Positions 37,126 to 51,654 of a stretch of DNA of 64,000 nucleotides are shown piece by piece (position 1 is the stretch's first letter; each line of letters starts with the position of its first letter). The stretch lies in assembly GCA_013265495.1 (NCBI GenBank), contig MU058844.1, positions 12,794,184-12,858,183 of the forward strand. The letters run 5' to 3'. The notes beneath the pieces are model-generated. The model worked only from the letters and a program-made list of their open reading frames with translations, ran no database searches and had not been told where the DNA came from. Position numbers and translations under genes: made by a program. This DNA is from Vicugna vicugna (taxonomy: Eukaryota).

Positions 37126-40100
37126 AATAGAAGATACAGAACTATTGAACTTTATTGTTGTTGTTGTTAATATAGGTTTATTCATAGAAATTGTAATCAT
37201 GTTATTGTGTTGAAATACAGTGATATTTCTTCACTGTTGATTTGTGTAGGTGTTTGTACCTTTATGCTAGTTGGTCCTAAAATTTGTAATCTTTTTGAAT
37301 TCTTGTTTGCTTCCTAGTTTTTCTGTTTTCTTTTCTGTTGTCACCTACCCCAACTTGTACATCTTGTTACGATTCTCTTGCCATTTCTACTTTGTTACTT
37401 GGAAACTAAATGAGACCGTTTCGAATTGTGCATAAAATAGTGACTTTGTTCCAGAGAATGGTATATCAGCTGTAAGCCCAGGCTCTTGTGATCTTTTCAT
37501 TGTTCATTACTTATTTTCTGTTTCTCAGTTGTGTCCAGGCAGGTGAGGTGTTACTCTTTTTCATTTACTTCTCTGCCTTAATTGTTACAGCTACTTTGGT
37601 TCCTTAGTTATTGATGTTTTTCTTTATTACTTTTCCTTCTCTTTTACATGATTATCTTTGGTACTTTAAATGTTGAGCTTAGATTGCCTTGCTGGTTTAT
37701 TGAAGGCCTTAATTTTCATCTCTTTCTTTCATTTTATACCCAAAATAATTTCCCAGCATTGTTTTACATTTTATGTACCTTATTCTCTTTTTTATTTCCC
37801 AGCCTCCTTTCCTGAATCTTCAGCTAAATTGATGGATTGTAATATATCCTGGGCAAGCAAATTTAAATTAATCTGTTTCTCCTCTCTTCTTTGATATTGC
37901 TGCATTTCCCTGTTACTCTTGTTCAGTCCTTCTCTCATGAGATTTTTGTAATTTTTCCTTCTATAGTTATGGTTTTGACTGCTGGGATGTGGGTCTTTAA
38001 TGACTGGCGTTATATATAATTCTTTTGCAATCAGAAGTTTATATAATTCAGATTTTAACAATGCTGATTACTTTGAAGTTGAAATCCTGTCAGGAAGGTT
38101 GTGATTTGGAAGGCTTAAACCCCTAGATTTGGCCTGATTATGTAAAATATTGTATAACCTACATAGTAAATACTTATTTGAAATTTAAAGTAGCTTAGAA
38201 GAGAAATTCGCTCTTTTGCAGTTTCTTTATTTGCCCAATGTAGGGGAAGTCAAAGTTTTAAAATATTCCCTAATATAGTAGACATATATTTACTGATTAT
38301 TTTCTGAACTTTCTCCATATTGTATGAAACTCTTGGTGTTAGAATCCAGGGATTCAATTAGATAGTGGCTATATGTCTCTTGATTTACCTTTTTCATGTA
38401 TTCTAAGCATTTTCCCTTTCAGATACCTGTCATAATTTCTTTCCTTCTTGACTGGCTCCTTTATCCTTTATTGCTTCTATTGTGTTTATAATTTTGATAT
38501 TTTTTCGTACTGTTCCTGAAACTTTAAAATAGAATCTTCAGCATTATATAGATAGTATTTTGACTATTTTCAAAAGTTTGATCATTTGGGAAATTATGGT
38601 TTTTATATCTTTATTTTCCCAAGAATTTGTGATTAGGGTGTAGGAATTAAAAAAAAAATAGCCTCTCACTACTAGAAAAAATTCCTCTGTGAAAGCAGAG
38701 ACTCGTTTAAGAGGTTGATAGCTTAACATATTTAACATTTTAACTAGCAAGGTCTTATTTCATTATCTTTTAGGACTTCTTAATTTACAATAAATAGTAA
38801 TTAGCCTCTTCAAACTTATAAGTTGAAATTAATCAGTGATACATTTTATGGCTATGAGATAAAATATAATTTTAATTAAATTCAGAAAAAATTTTTGGGT
38901 ATTCTCTAAGAATTTTTTTTATTGCCACCATATTGATCAGTTTTCTTTTAAGAACAGTTTTTCATTATGACTTATTTTCAGTGTTTCTCATTTTTAGTAG
39001 TCATTTTTAATTCAGATATTAAAAATTGTGTTGGTTCTTATAGATCCTTTTTGAAACTGGCATGTGGAAGTGTAATTATGTGTTTTGATTACTTATGCAA
39101 TAAATTAAAGATGATGAGTACTTTGGTTATAGTAATTTATACCTCGAATTCAAACCCCAGAACCATCTAGGCCAGAGTTAGGCACTTAGACACTCATCTT
39201 TCTTTCATGCCCAAAATGGAAAGCCATTCTTAATTTATATCAAAATGTGAAGAAATTGCTTTTAGGATTGAATAAGAAAATCAGTAATAATATTCTTTGA
39301 GGTTATCTTAAATTAACTTTAGATCTTGCATTTCAAGCCTTGATCCTCAATAAAGAACTCTCAGCTTAAATACTGGTGTGAATTTACTTGTAGGAAACTG
39401 GGGTAACTCTTTTTTGGTGTATTATAACCAGGTACTGTGCCTAATGAGAAAAACAGCCACTCGTTTTTTAGTATCTTGATTTAAAACAAAGTTCATATTT
39501 TCCTTGGAAAAGAACCTTTCAGGAAGACAGTGAAAATTTATGTAGAATGAGGTAGTTTTAACTTTAATGTAAAATATCTACCTTTAAAAACAAAGGCTTA
39601 AAATCCAGGAGAGACGTTTAATATATAGGACTAAATTATTAGTAGTACATGATTGCCAGTGACATATTTGCAAATACTCCTTAAGAGGCCTTGCTTTATC
39701 ACTGTCTCAGAAACCCTCTTTGAGACCCTGTGTCACAGACTTGTGCAACCTAGCATTACAACCACCAACTGACAGAGTAAATGGATGCACTGGGAAAATA
39801 AGAAACCTGCCAGAAGTATTGTCTTTCCTACTAAGTAACTTTGTGACCTTGGCAAGCCACTTAGTCTCTTCAGGTCTTAGTAAAATGGAGAATTTGGAAC
39901 AGATAGCCTCTTAGGTTCTTTTGAGGATTCCTTGAACATGTTAGGGGCTAGAATTCCAATATCATAATAGGTAGTATAATTCTTATAATAGCTCTGAAAT
40001 AGATGGTATTTTACCAAATTTACAGATAGAATTATTCATGTCATGCAGACTTGTTCAAATAATATGCTCAGTCATGTAGCTACTAAGGAGCCAAGCAAGA

Positions 40101-40369
40101 AGTTGAACCTTGGCCTATCTCATTTTACAGCCATGTTCTTTTTAGGATACTCCCCAAGCCATGTAGTTAGAGTAGACTACCAGATTTTATTCTTAAAATT
40201 TGTTCCATTTCTTAATCTGTACTTTATAGTAAATGTGCTTTTGCATTATATCACCTATTATTCAGGAAACCCAGAAGTCAGGGGTTAGTCCTATCTATGA
40301 GTTGTACCCAGAGTAGAAATGTGACCAGTTTTTAAATAAATATATTAAAACTTATATGTCTAAGAGATA

Positions 40370-40800
40370 AATGATGTGTTCAGAGTTATCTTGAATTTAT
40401 TTCAGCAATGTCACTGTTGTTCAAAAACACCTTTGAAACTATTCTTTTGGCATTTCTTTAATGCCTTCAACCTCCTTCTTTTACCTATATTCTATGGTGA
40501 TGAATGACATCTCTTGAGAATGGATTTGATATATGGAAAAAGTCATTCTGAACTGGGTCTTCTACATAAAATTAGTGATCAAAATGAGAAATGCCATTTT
40601 TAGTTAAAAATAATCAGTGACCAAAAGGATGAAACCTTTTATTCTTGTGTCATTTATAGGGTAGCATAGGAAGTGATTAGAAGAGAGGAGTTCCAAAATT
40701 GTTTTGTATGATGGCAAGTTGAAATGGTTTCTAAAAATGATCACTCTGAATGGAGATAACATTTATGTGGATGCAAATTCTGCTACCTTAGTTAAAGTTA
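40370..40800. mobile_element. MARNA-like mariner relic
   Basis: 'ttcagcaatgtcactgttgttcaaaaacacctttgaaact', 'gagaatggatttgat', 'gaggagttccaaaattgttttg'. Confidence 0.55.
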
Positions 40801-41449
40801 CATCTTAATATAGTTGTACCTGTTTTCTGTGTGCCACCTGGGCCAGTGCTTTGCTGATTTAGCATGTGCTTCAGAGAAAAAGAGTTGGTGAATGAATTAT
40901 ACATGGCAGGTATTCTTTCCATTAAAGGAGGTCAGAATCTATAGAATGTTTGTTTGCATAATAGTTTAATTCTTGGTTATATTTGTATTTATTATGCAGT
41001 TTGTGGTTATTTGTGTTTAGGTTTAATTCCAGGCATCTACCTTATCCCATTTCCTGGCATGAACTAAAATCACTTCTGTTGCGAAGCCTGAGTATATGCT
41101 TTGATGCAGGTTTACATATGAATTGACTTTTTTTTGCAAAAGTTATACTAGGCTGCATTATAAACATGTATTATTGAATGGCTTTCGAACATCAGTGCTG
41201 TACTCTATTTGGTCCAGACAATGAGCAATAATATACCTGTATATCTTGTTGCAGAGGAGCTTGTGATAGGAAGATTTCATTTTATCTCCTGAAGGTATTA
41301 TTTTTCTTGATTTAAACTCCCTGATAGTAGAGCTTAGTGAAGCTTCCTTATTTGTGAATACTAAAGGATACTAGAAAAAACCTCTAGTTCCCTTTTTAGT
41401 AATACTTTTTCTTTTGAAGTTTCTAAATAATTTAATGTTGCAAGATGTT

Positions 41450-42620
41450 TAATTCAACAGATATTTGAGTGCAAGTCGCTAGGGAAGGGCCTGAAAATTC
41501 AGTGGGAACTAGATAGACATGTGACCTCTTTGAGTTTGTGTGTGTGGGAAGGATGGGGAATGGACCATAAACTACTAATTGTGTAATTCACTGTGTAATC
41601 ACCATTGCAGACAGTGCTAAGAGGAGGAAATAGAGAATGATAGATGATTTTGCTGAGTTAGTGGGGGAGGGAAGCCAAGGAAAGTGACTTAAGCTAAGGG
41701 AAAAAAGAATATTTCTGGCAGAACATCTTGTTTAAATATCCTGAAAGAGCAAGAAACTTGGCTTTTGCTAGGAACTGAAAGAGTCCACTCTGACTGGAGC
41801 TTAAAAAAAATTGAAAGTGATAGCAGCGTGGCACCGTAGGTAAGGACCGGGTTGTGTGAGGCTTGCTAGACCATGTTAAGGATTTTGATTTTTGTCTTAA
41901 GGTCCTTTGGAAACCATTAGAATATTTTAAACAAAGGCTTGTGTAATGATCAAGTTTAGAATGATCCTCCGAATGCTCTGTAAAGAATGGTTTGGAGGTG
42001 ACCAGGGAAGATGCTGGGAGACCTATTGGGTTGTGTTGATATTAAGGTACCTATGGCTTATCCAAGGGGGAATCCTGTAGGCCAGTGGTGCTCGAAGTAT
42101 GTCATCTGGGAACTTATTAGAAATGCAGATTCTTGGGTTCTACCTAAACCTACTGAATAAGGAGCTTTGTGGGTAGAACTAAGCAGTCTGATTTTGAACA
42201 AGCCTTCCAGGTAATTCTGATGCTTCCTAAAGCTTTTGAACCTCTGCTGCAGGTCATTGGATATATGATTTTGATGTAGGAGAGAGTTCTAGGTTGGTTA
42301 CATGAGTAGGGAGTAACTGCATGCAGGTGGTAGTTGAAAATGAGAGAAGGAGAAGAGACTCTAATGACATAAAACCCTGAGACACTTCAGTGTCCAAGTC
42401 CTGTGCAGAGTGAGGGTTGCTTGTGAAAGAATCAGAAAAGAATTGGTTAGAGAGACTAGAAAGTCAGGAGGATCTTTGAAAAAGGGTTTGGCAAAGGAAG
42501 CATTACATTTAGCGTGAAGGATCTTTGTGTGAGTAATTGTAGTGAAATTACAGACATAGGCACCAGATTTCAATGGGCTGAGAAGGAAATGGAGAGAGGA
42601 GTGAAGAAAATACAATTTAC
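41450..42620 (-). mobile_element. LINE-2 fragment including its 3' end, interrupted by MER5A
   Basis: 'ttcaacagatatttgagtgc', 'gaccatgttaaggattttgatttttgtcttaagg...ggaaaccatt'. Confidence 0.7.
42083..42246. mobile_element. MER5A (hAT-Charlie)
   Basis: 'ctgggaacttattagaaatgcagattcttggg...aacaagccttccaggtaattctgatgc'; degenerate 8-bp TSD ctgtaggc / ctgcaggt. Confidence 0.85.
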
Positions 42621-43689
42621 TCATTTAAAACATCCCTTACTCTTTGGACGGATATTTATTATTCCAAATTATGGGAAATGAGAGTAAATAATCTTGATGG
42701 GTGCTAATCAGCATAAGATTCCATTGAGAAATATATAAAATCTCATTGTTTGGACCTCTTGATTTTGAAATTCATAATTTACATAGAGGACTGAGCTCAA
42801 GTTTACCATTGTCTTTACCATTTTGCAAGGAATGCCATAGTGTAATAATAAACTTATGGGAGGGATGTAGGAGGGATGTTTAGCCTACCAGGAATGCTGT
42901 TTTTTTTTTTTAACATGATTGAAAACTACATTAGCAGTATGCATTTATATAAAAATAATTTTAAGCTACAATATTCTTATTTATTACAAATACATTAATT
43001 CACCTTCTATTGCTGTTATGTATCTAAAGGAAAATTCTTTAAATGCATTTTATAATTGAAATTCAGACTTTTAATTTCTTTAATTGCCCTAGCTTGTTAG
43101 AATTATCCTAGCATGTTAATGTTAGGCTATTCTTGAGGAAGACCCCATTTAGTGTGAAGCCAAATTAAGATAATTTCAAAGTCAACCCAATTACAAAATA
43201 GTATCTTTTGAGTTGTGTGTGTTTGTGTGTGTGTCAGTGTGCAGGTGTGTGCACACACACAGGGAAGGGAGGGGGGAGAGGGAGAGTGAGACTTAAGCCA
43301 TTTTGAGTTGCGTTTTCTCTTCTGGATGAAGTATTTATTTGTCTAAGTTTTTTAAAAGAAAAAACACGATATTACATCAACATATGCTCACTGTAAAATT
43401 CAACAGCTATAGAAACTCATAAAGTTAGTTTCTTTTGCCGCTAGATCCCACTTAATGTTCCAAATAGCTTGCTGATTACCAGTCTGATGTTATTCTTCCA
43501 GATATTCTTCTGTTCCTCTCTCCATCCCTCCCCACTTCTCTCTCTTTATGTATATATATAATTTTTTTTTAAAAGCAGAACTGGGATGTAGTGTTAATTT
43601 TAAAGTTTTCTTCACCAGTCAGTTCATACTAAAGTAAAAGGTTGAATCCTAATAATTCCTCCCATTGAATTTGTATTTTGTTCTTATAA

Positions 43690-43840
43690 CACTAAACTGA
43701 GACTTAGGAGACTTGGGTTCTGGTCTCTTTTTGCTCCATGATCTTGGGCAAGTCACTTAATCCTCCATATTTAGTTTGTCCATCTGTAGAATTTAGAGGT
43801 GATGAGTGGGTGACTTGAAGATTTCTAATAGCTCTAAAAT
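43690..43840 (+). mobile_element. MIR/MIR3 SINE
   Basis: 'ggagacttgggttctggtc...tgatcttgggcaagtcacttaatc...catctgtagaat'. Confidence 0.7.
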
Positions 43841-46800
43841 TTATTTAGAATTCCAGCATTTAAAAAGGCAGACATTTCCTTGAATTTTATATAGAAAGTG
43901 ATTATCTTAACCCACCTGTGAATGCCTAAAGGGATAATTTCTTGCCAAATTAAAAACACAAAAGGGCAGGGGGTGGAAGGAATTTAGAAACAAGATTCAA
44001 AAAGATGATTTCGTATCACTTACTAGTGTACTCAGTAGGCATACCTGCTGCTTTTAGGATAGTGCTGGCCCCTTTAAAAAAAAACCTTTCTTATAGCTCA
44101 TTACATTTTGACTGCAAATTCACACCCCTTTTGGGGGGATGTGGGATGTGGGTGGGTCTGTCTGGGTCTATGTTTGGTCTTACCAGTTGATTACTCGTGG
44201 GAGATAAGACAAATGGAACTTACAGCCTGCTCAGCATTCTTTAAGGAATTGTGTCATCTTCTCACTTAAGAGTCTTGGAAAAGCCAGGGCACTAGGGAAA
44301 GGAGCCATTGGTATGAGACCAGGAACTATGCTGTGTTGTCTGCTCTTTGGCTTTCTACTTTGCGATTATTTGCCAAGTAAAATCTTTATGAAAAACTTGA
44401 GAAGGCAAAACAGTCTTAGTTTGAAGAATTTCTGAGTGAAGGCATTCAGCTTTTGAATTAGCATTGCTATATTCTTATTAATATTACATTATGAAAAGAT
44501 GGTTTTTGTTTTCTTGCTTTCAGTATCTTAAGTTTTTTATTTTATTTTATTTTATTTTTTATATGTTTTTAATTGTTTTCTTTTTTTATCCATAGTGTTC
44601 TTTGTCAGTTAAGCTTTTATGGACTTTTATTCCTAATCTTTGGCTTGTATTTTTCTAATATAGTCTTGCTACGTCTATATATTTTGAATTTCTCTGCCAT
44701 TTTTGTTTGATTTTTTTGCTTAAACTTAAAAAAATTAGCTATATTTTTCCAAATAGAATTTTATTAACGCAGAGTCACAAATAAGTATAAAGGAGAATAA
44801 TTGAGAAAACTAATGACTCCCAACAGTGGCTTGCCCGGAGAGTTTTAGTTTAAATTTATTTTTCCTATGTACGTGGCTGTTGCCTGGCATGATTGAAATG
44901 TGAATGTCCCAAAATATACTTCACACTCTAAGCAAGAGATTCAGAATAATTTTTTTCCCCTTCACTTATCTAATAGTGGCCTAAGAAGGGCTTCTTATAA
45001 GAGACTTTATTCTTTTAAATTTTGAACCTCTTCTCTGATCTCAGTAAGTCAGATGCACCATGGACAGATTTCCCATCTCTAAATAAAAATAAGTTTATTT
45101 ACAAAGATAAAAACCTTTGAACTATACTTAAAGGGACTGTTTGAATGTGTCTAATTTTCAAAGTTTCACAATTCTCGTTTTAAAAACAATAAATAATCTT
45201 TAACAGTATCAGTCTCCCTGAATCTCCTTTCAACAAAAAGCAAACACAAAAAACAGTGGTGGGTCTTAACTAATATTTTATTGCTAATATTATTAAAATT
45301 TTTCTAATTTATATTTCTTAAAATAGGAACTTCCTTTTTCTAGTATGCATATAGGAAATGCTTTGCAAAATATTTTATAATATAAAATACTGTCATCATG
45401 AAAAGTAAATTTTAAAGAGAAAAGAATTTGTGATTCTGAATGATTTATCAATAATTTTTTATGTGTTCATGAATCCTTCATCTGTTTTTGATATGTAACA
45501 TATGGGCCCAAGGAAGTAAAAGTAGATAAGATCATTTTTTTAGTCTCTACATTTAACACTCTGGGCCAAGGCCTTTAACTGGTTATTGCTCTGATGTAGG
45601 TGAAACAGATAAAACCTTGTTTGTTAGCTGACTGTCACTATATGACATCCTTGCTCAATAAGAGATTCGAGTTAATTTAATCATGTTGCCTCGTTGTCCT
45701 CACCATAGCTATATTGCTACTAGTCTGTTTAAAGGTCAGCATGTTGCCCTTTAATACTATATCTCTCATGCATCTCATTCTCATTCTGCTTTTCTGAACA
45801 GTTCTCTCATTCTGGCAACTAAATTGTCTCAAAATATTACGATTTTGGCTGTGTCTTCACAGATACAAAGCATTGAAAAGATAACTTTTCTGTTCTGTGT
45901 ATAAAATATAGAAAGGAATTATTCTGCCACATACATAAAATCTTAATAAATATTTAAGTTAAATACATAAGAATACAAACCCTGCTTTCTTTTATTATAC
46001 ACTTTTAAACATATACATGTAAAAATACTTCAAAGTTATAAATACCCAAGAATTCTGATCTTGGTCATATTAGGTCTCTTGAAATATAATTATAGCATTC
46101 TGATATCTAGTATGCCGTGAGTTAATTCTTGTAGTTGGTAGTTTTGGAGGGAGATTTTGTTTTATATCGTTTTCCAAAATAACAATCACTTAAAGAATTC
46201 AGATTCTAGGAAGCATGAAAGCTTTCATAATTTCAAGAGCACAGTGACAGCTGCACAGCAAGTCCATATGTTGCTTCTATAATTGCATTTTAATAATTAT
46301 TTTTCCTTTGGAAGAACTATGGCTAACCTCCAAGAGACTGAAGCTGATGGTTGTGAGTATTCGTATTTTCTCAGAGAAGTTTTTCTTTTTTCCTATTTTA
46401 AATAGTTGAATATATTTATTTTATACCATAGCATCAACAGGTTGAAGTTTCTATTCTGGATTCTACTGTAAAATCTAAATGAATATTTGCATCAGATGGG
46501 AAAATCACCCTGGTTTTTTTGTCACTCGCGTATATGGACTTGCTGCCACAGGCACTCTAAATTTGCAATCTCCTACACACGACTTGCTCCTTTCTGCCTC
46601 CGTTTTTCTTGGCATTACCATTCCCTCCACCTGCATTGTTTTATCCACTTTCTGTTCTCCTTTTAAAACTGGCATTGAAAATACTTTCCTGTAGAAACGC
46701 TTGACTCCATGTAACTATTACTTATTTTCTCGGTTTCACCTTAACACTTAACATGGCTAGCTATAGATTCAACTAATCTGAATTGTGTTTCTGTGATATA

Positions 46801-47019
46801 TCATTTAATTTTCATGGCTATCCTGTGAGTTATTCCCATTTTACAGATGAAATTAAATAAATTCCTTGTTACATCCCTAGTTTTAGTTGTGCCAAAAACT
46901 GAACTTTTTTCATGATTTAAAAAAAATTACTGTGTTTTACAAAGTCATTCTGCTTTTCTCTGTTTCTGTAACCTTTCCCTTCTTGTTCTGTACCACTTAA
47001 CCTATCAATCTACCACTTA

Positions 47020-48318
47020 AAATATTTTTCATTCAAGTATAATTTACATAGAATAAAATACACCCATTTAAAGTATATAATTTGCATTTTGACAAATTTA
47101 TACACCCATGTAACAACCACTACAGTCAAGATATAGAGCATTTTCGTCAGTCCTCCAAATCCCTTCTGCCCTTTCCCACTTAATGTCTCTTGTTCCCCAC
47201 TCTCTCCCAGGTAATAGCTGGTCTTCATTCTGTCCACTATGGATTGTTTTTGTTTGTTCTAGAATTTCACAAATGGAAGAATAGAATATATGCTTTTGTC
47301 TGGCTTTTTTTGCTCAGTATGCTTTTGAGATTGCTTTATTGCTAGATAGTATTCGATTATATAGAATAAATATACCACACTTTGTTTAGCCATTCACCTG
47401 TTGTTAGATAATTTGACTTGTTTCTAGATTTTGGCTGATGAGAATAAAGCTACTCGGAAAAATCCATGTACAAATCTTTCAGTGGACATGTTTCCCTTTT
47501 CTCTGTGTAACTGTCTAGAAGTGGCTGTACTCTTTTGTATTCCCACTAACAATGTATGAGAGCTCCAGTTGCTCCCCATCCTCATCAACATTTATATTGT
47601 CAGTTTAACATTTTTTAGTCATTCTAGTGGTTATATAGTAATGTCTCTTGTTTTTTTGTCTGTATTTCATTGATGACCAGTGGTATTGAACACCTTTTCA
47701 TGGGCTTAGTGATCATTTGTATCTTTTTTTGGTAAATATTAAAAAATCTTTTGTCTTTAAAAACTGTATTTTCTTCTTATTGACTTTTAAAAGTTCTTTA
47801 TATAGTCAGGATCCTAGTTCGTCAGATAGATGTATTATGCATATTTTCTCCCAGTCTGTGGCTTGCCATTTCATTTCCTTAACTGTTTTTGAAGATGAGA
47901 AGCTTTTAATTTTTATCAAATTTAGCATGTCAATTTTTTCTTTCATTGTTTGTGTTTTCACACAACTCCTAAAAAATTTTTGCCTACTCCAAAGCTGTCA
48001 AGATTTTCTCTCATGTTTTATTCTATAAGTTTTATAGTGTTGGCTTTTTATTTAGGTCTGTGATTCATTTTGAGTTAATTTTTGTGTTTGGTTTAAGAGC
48101 CAAGGTTTTATATTTTAATTAATACTTAGTTTTATTGAAAATGTTTCCCTTTCCTGTTGGATTTCCCTTGGCACTTTTGTTAAAAATTAATTGACCACGT
48201 TTGTGTGGTCCATTTCTGGACTTCCTGCTCTATTCCATTGATACATATGTGGTACACCAATACCATACTCTTATACTTTATTTTTATAAATTTTGGAGAT
48301 AGTGTAAATCTCCCAATC
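47020..48318 (-). mobile_element. Old LINE-1 3' fragment (L1MD/ME-like)
   Basis: Antisense 3'UTR 'gtataatttacatagaataaaatacacccatttaaag' through ORF2 'cattttgagttaatttttgtg'. Confidence 0.85.
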
Positions 48319-49125
48319 CAACATCATTTTGGAAATAGAAAAAAAATCTTTGCATAATTTACTCCCTTACCCTCACTGCTGTTTGTGTATGTGTTGTTAA
48401 TTTTTGTTTTTCATTTGATTTTGTTAGTTTCAAATATGTTGCCACCAACAGAGGCTTTGTGCTTAGTATTTTCCAAGGCAGACGTTGTTTGTATTAAGGA
48501 AGATGCTAACTACTTTCGGCTAACTGGAAGGAATTAACAACTGGGGTGCTTCCTTTGTCTCACTATTATTGATAGTAAGCAGCTCTACATTCTGTTGGTG
48601 CCTCTATATGGTTTTTGACAAGGTCAGTAAATTGGGGCTGTAGCCCCAGAAGTGTGTACCAGAAGCCACGTATGGGTTTAAATACCAGATCTGACACTTG
48701 ACAGGAAATGAAATTGTAACACTTTTCAATTACTTTAAGACTTTCTGTTTCTTTTTCTTCTCCTGTCTCTTTTTAACAGAAGCATCCTAGCCTTGTCTAA
48801 AGCAGTCTTTTGTATGAATATATGAAGAAATCTAATGGCAATTGCCAAAACTATAGGGTGTGCTTAATGGGAACATGTTGAATTGAGAAAAGTGTTAGAT
48901 ACAGATTGCATTTAATTTAGTTTCTGACTACATGTAAATGGAAGTACAAAATCCTGGGTGAATGAATACCATTCTTGATTTCAAGACAGTGCCCAGATGC
49001 TTTCATTTTCCTTCTTTTCTTAAGCCGCCTCACCTTACTTAAGAGTAAAAATAATAGGAGAAATGGTGAATGTAACACATATTCAATTACATATTGATTT
49101 TTGTCTAATCAGTAATACATGTTTC

Positions 49126-50008
49126 TACAAATGGCCAATAGGCACATGAAAAGATGCTCAATATGTTAATTATCAGAGAAATGCAAATCAAAACTACAAT
49201 GGTGTATCACCTCACACCATCCAGAATAGCCATCATTAAAAAGTCCACAAACAATAAATGCTGCAGAGGGTGTGGAGAAAAGGGAACTCTGCTACACTGT
49301 TGGCAGGAATATAGTTTGGTGCAGCCAGTATGGAAAACAGGATGGAGAGTCCTTAAAAAACTAAAAATAGACTTACTGTATGATCCAGCAGTCCATCTCA
49401 CTCATGGGCATATATCTGGAGGAAGCTCTAATTTGAAAAGATACATACACCCCAGTGTTCATAGCAGCACTACTTGCAATAGGCAAGACATGTCCATCGA
49501 CAGATGACTGGATAGAGAAGTTGTGATATGTATATACAATGAAATACTAGTCAGCCATAAAATAGAATAAAATAATGCCATTTGCATCAACATAGATGGA
49601 CCTGGATATCATCATACTAAGTGAAGTAAGCCAGAAAGAGAAAAAAAATACCATATGATATCACATATATAGAATCCAAAAAAAATGACACAAATGAACT
49701 TATTTACAAAACAGAAACAGTACAGACATAGAAAAGAAGCTTATGGTTATCAGGAGGAAAAGGGGATGGGAAGGAATAAATTGGGAGTCTGAGATTTCTA
49801 GTTACTTACTACTATGTATAAAATAGATGAACAACAAATTTCTTCTGTATAGAACAGGAAACTGTATTCAGTATCTTATACTAAACTATAAAAGAATATG
49901 AAAAGGAATATATGTATATACATGTATGACTGGAATATTGTGCTGTACACCAGAAATTGCCACAACATTGTAAACTGACTATACTTCAACTTAAAAACGA
50001 AGAAAAAA
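49126..50008 (+). mobile_element. Young 5'-truncated LINE-1 (lineage-specific)
   Basis: ORF2 C-terminus ([41 protein letters not shown]) and 3'UTR ending 'gccacaacattgtaaactgactatacttcaa'; perfect 12-bp TSD aatacatgtttc at 49114-49125 and 50009-50020. Confidence 0.92.
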
Positions 50009-51654
50009 AATACATGTTTCATGTGTATATTTGGTTCTTCCAATTATATTGTATGCTTTCCTGGACAGGGATTTTATCTTCTGCTTATTTTGTATCCATT
50101 TCTTCACTTCTCACTTACCAGAAATGTTGATGGATCTTGATTATGCGTTTTAATTCTAGTGAATAATGTTCTAGGCCATGGTAGAAACAAATGTGAATTT
50201 TTTCTTCCTACTGAAATCACATTTCTCCTCTGAAAGACATTTCTTAGCTTTGCTCTTAACACAACTTAAAATTTTAGAAACCAGATAGGTGATGAAGTAG
50301 AGGTAGGTTAATAGCTTCCCCTTTTTCAGTTGTTGGTATAGATTGACTGTGGTCCAGGGCCTTAGATGGGTTTGTCATCAGTTTGTGTCCCTTCCTGTAC
50401 TTGTCCATAAAGACTGCAGTAGATTACAAGATCAGTCGGACAAGTGTCAGTCAGCTGCTTGAGTAGATATTTTTAGGTATGTTTCTCCTCTTAGTACTAA
50501 TCATGCAGTTGACCACAAATCTTTCATTTCATAGTGGGTGAAAGATATGAAGCGGGAGCTCCAGAGGAAGCACCTTGGATAGTAAGAGCCAAACTAAAAC
50601 TGAGGTAGAGATCACATTTCTGATTAAACACAATTTTTTCTCCTTATGATTCTGATAAAAACCTGAGCTTGCATGATGTTTATATGATAGATCTTATTTA
50701 ATGAAGTTAAAGCACCTAGTCAGAAACATAAGGGTGAATATCACACTGTTATGTTTTCTATGGTAGTTTTCTGGTGTCTTATGTTCTAGGTCTGACATTG
50801 ATTTCACTTTTATAAATTCATTTAAAATATTTTGAAGTTAACTTTCATTTTGTTTTATTATTCAAATGTCACATATTTTGGTTATAAGTGGCTGAAATAG
50901 TATCTGTGTCCACTTAGGGTTCTTTAGCTAACTTAAATCACTGGAATGATAAGCTTATACTATTGAATTAAAGCTGAAAAACTAAGTTTTAGAAAAAAAC
51001 AGACACTTGAGCAGTTCCAGAGATCTAGACAGCAGGAAGCATTGGATAGTCTTTATAGAGACTCCGTTAGGATCGACAGTTCTTTAATTGATTTTCCATT
51101 CATGTGATCACTGTTTATGATTCACATTTTTCAGCGAGTGATACAGATAGGGACTGATTGGCTTGGCTTGGATTTGTTGCCTGCTTTTTGTTGGGAAAGG
51201 GTGGGGCACCAATTACATACTTTGGAAGAGGATGTTTTCCTTAAAGGAAGATCAAGATGTGTATTATCTCAGGAAGGGGAAGTGGTTGTGGACAGGTTAA
51301 AAAAACCCTCTAATATTGTTACAGTTTCTAGGTTGGTATAGTATTTCTTTAATCCTTTCATGCAGTATTAACTATTTCTTGGCTGAACTTGGGTTTGGAC
51401 CTTTCACCCTTTATAGATTGCCGTGCCCATGAAGACTTGTCTGCTTTATACTTCAGTTGCTTTTCTTCTGTCTTTAATTCATACCCTTATTTGAATAAGT
51501 GACTTAAACCGTTGAGTCAGTTAATTTTAAGAAATTTTTGTGTTTCCTTTATTCATTTAATGGATTCTTTTTTTGTGCTAGCTGTATGTCAGGTACTATC
51601 CAAGATGCCAAGTTTTCAAAAATAAGAGCAAACATGCTCCCCTCCTACCCCCAG

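Noticed and set aside
49154..49507. 117-aa ORF
   Set aside because: Frameshifted C-terminal remnant of L1 ORF2, not a host gene
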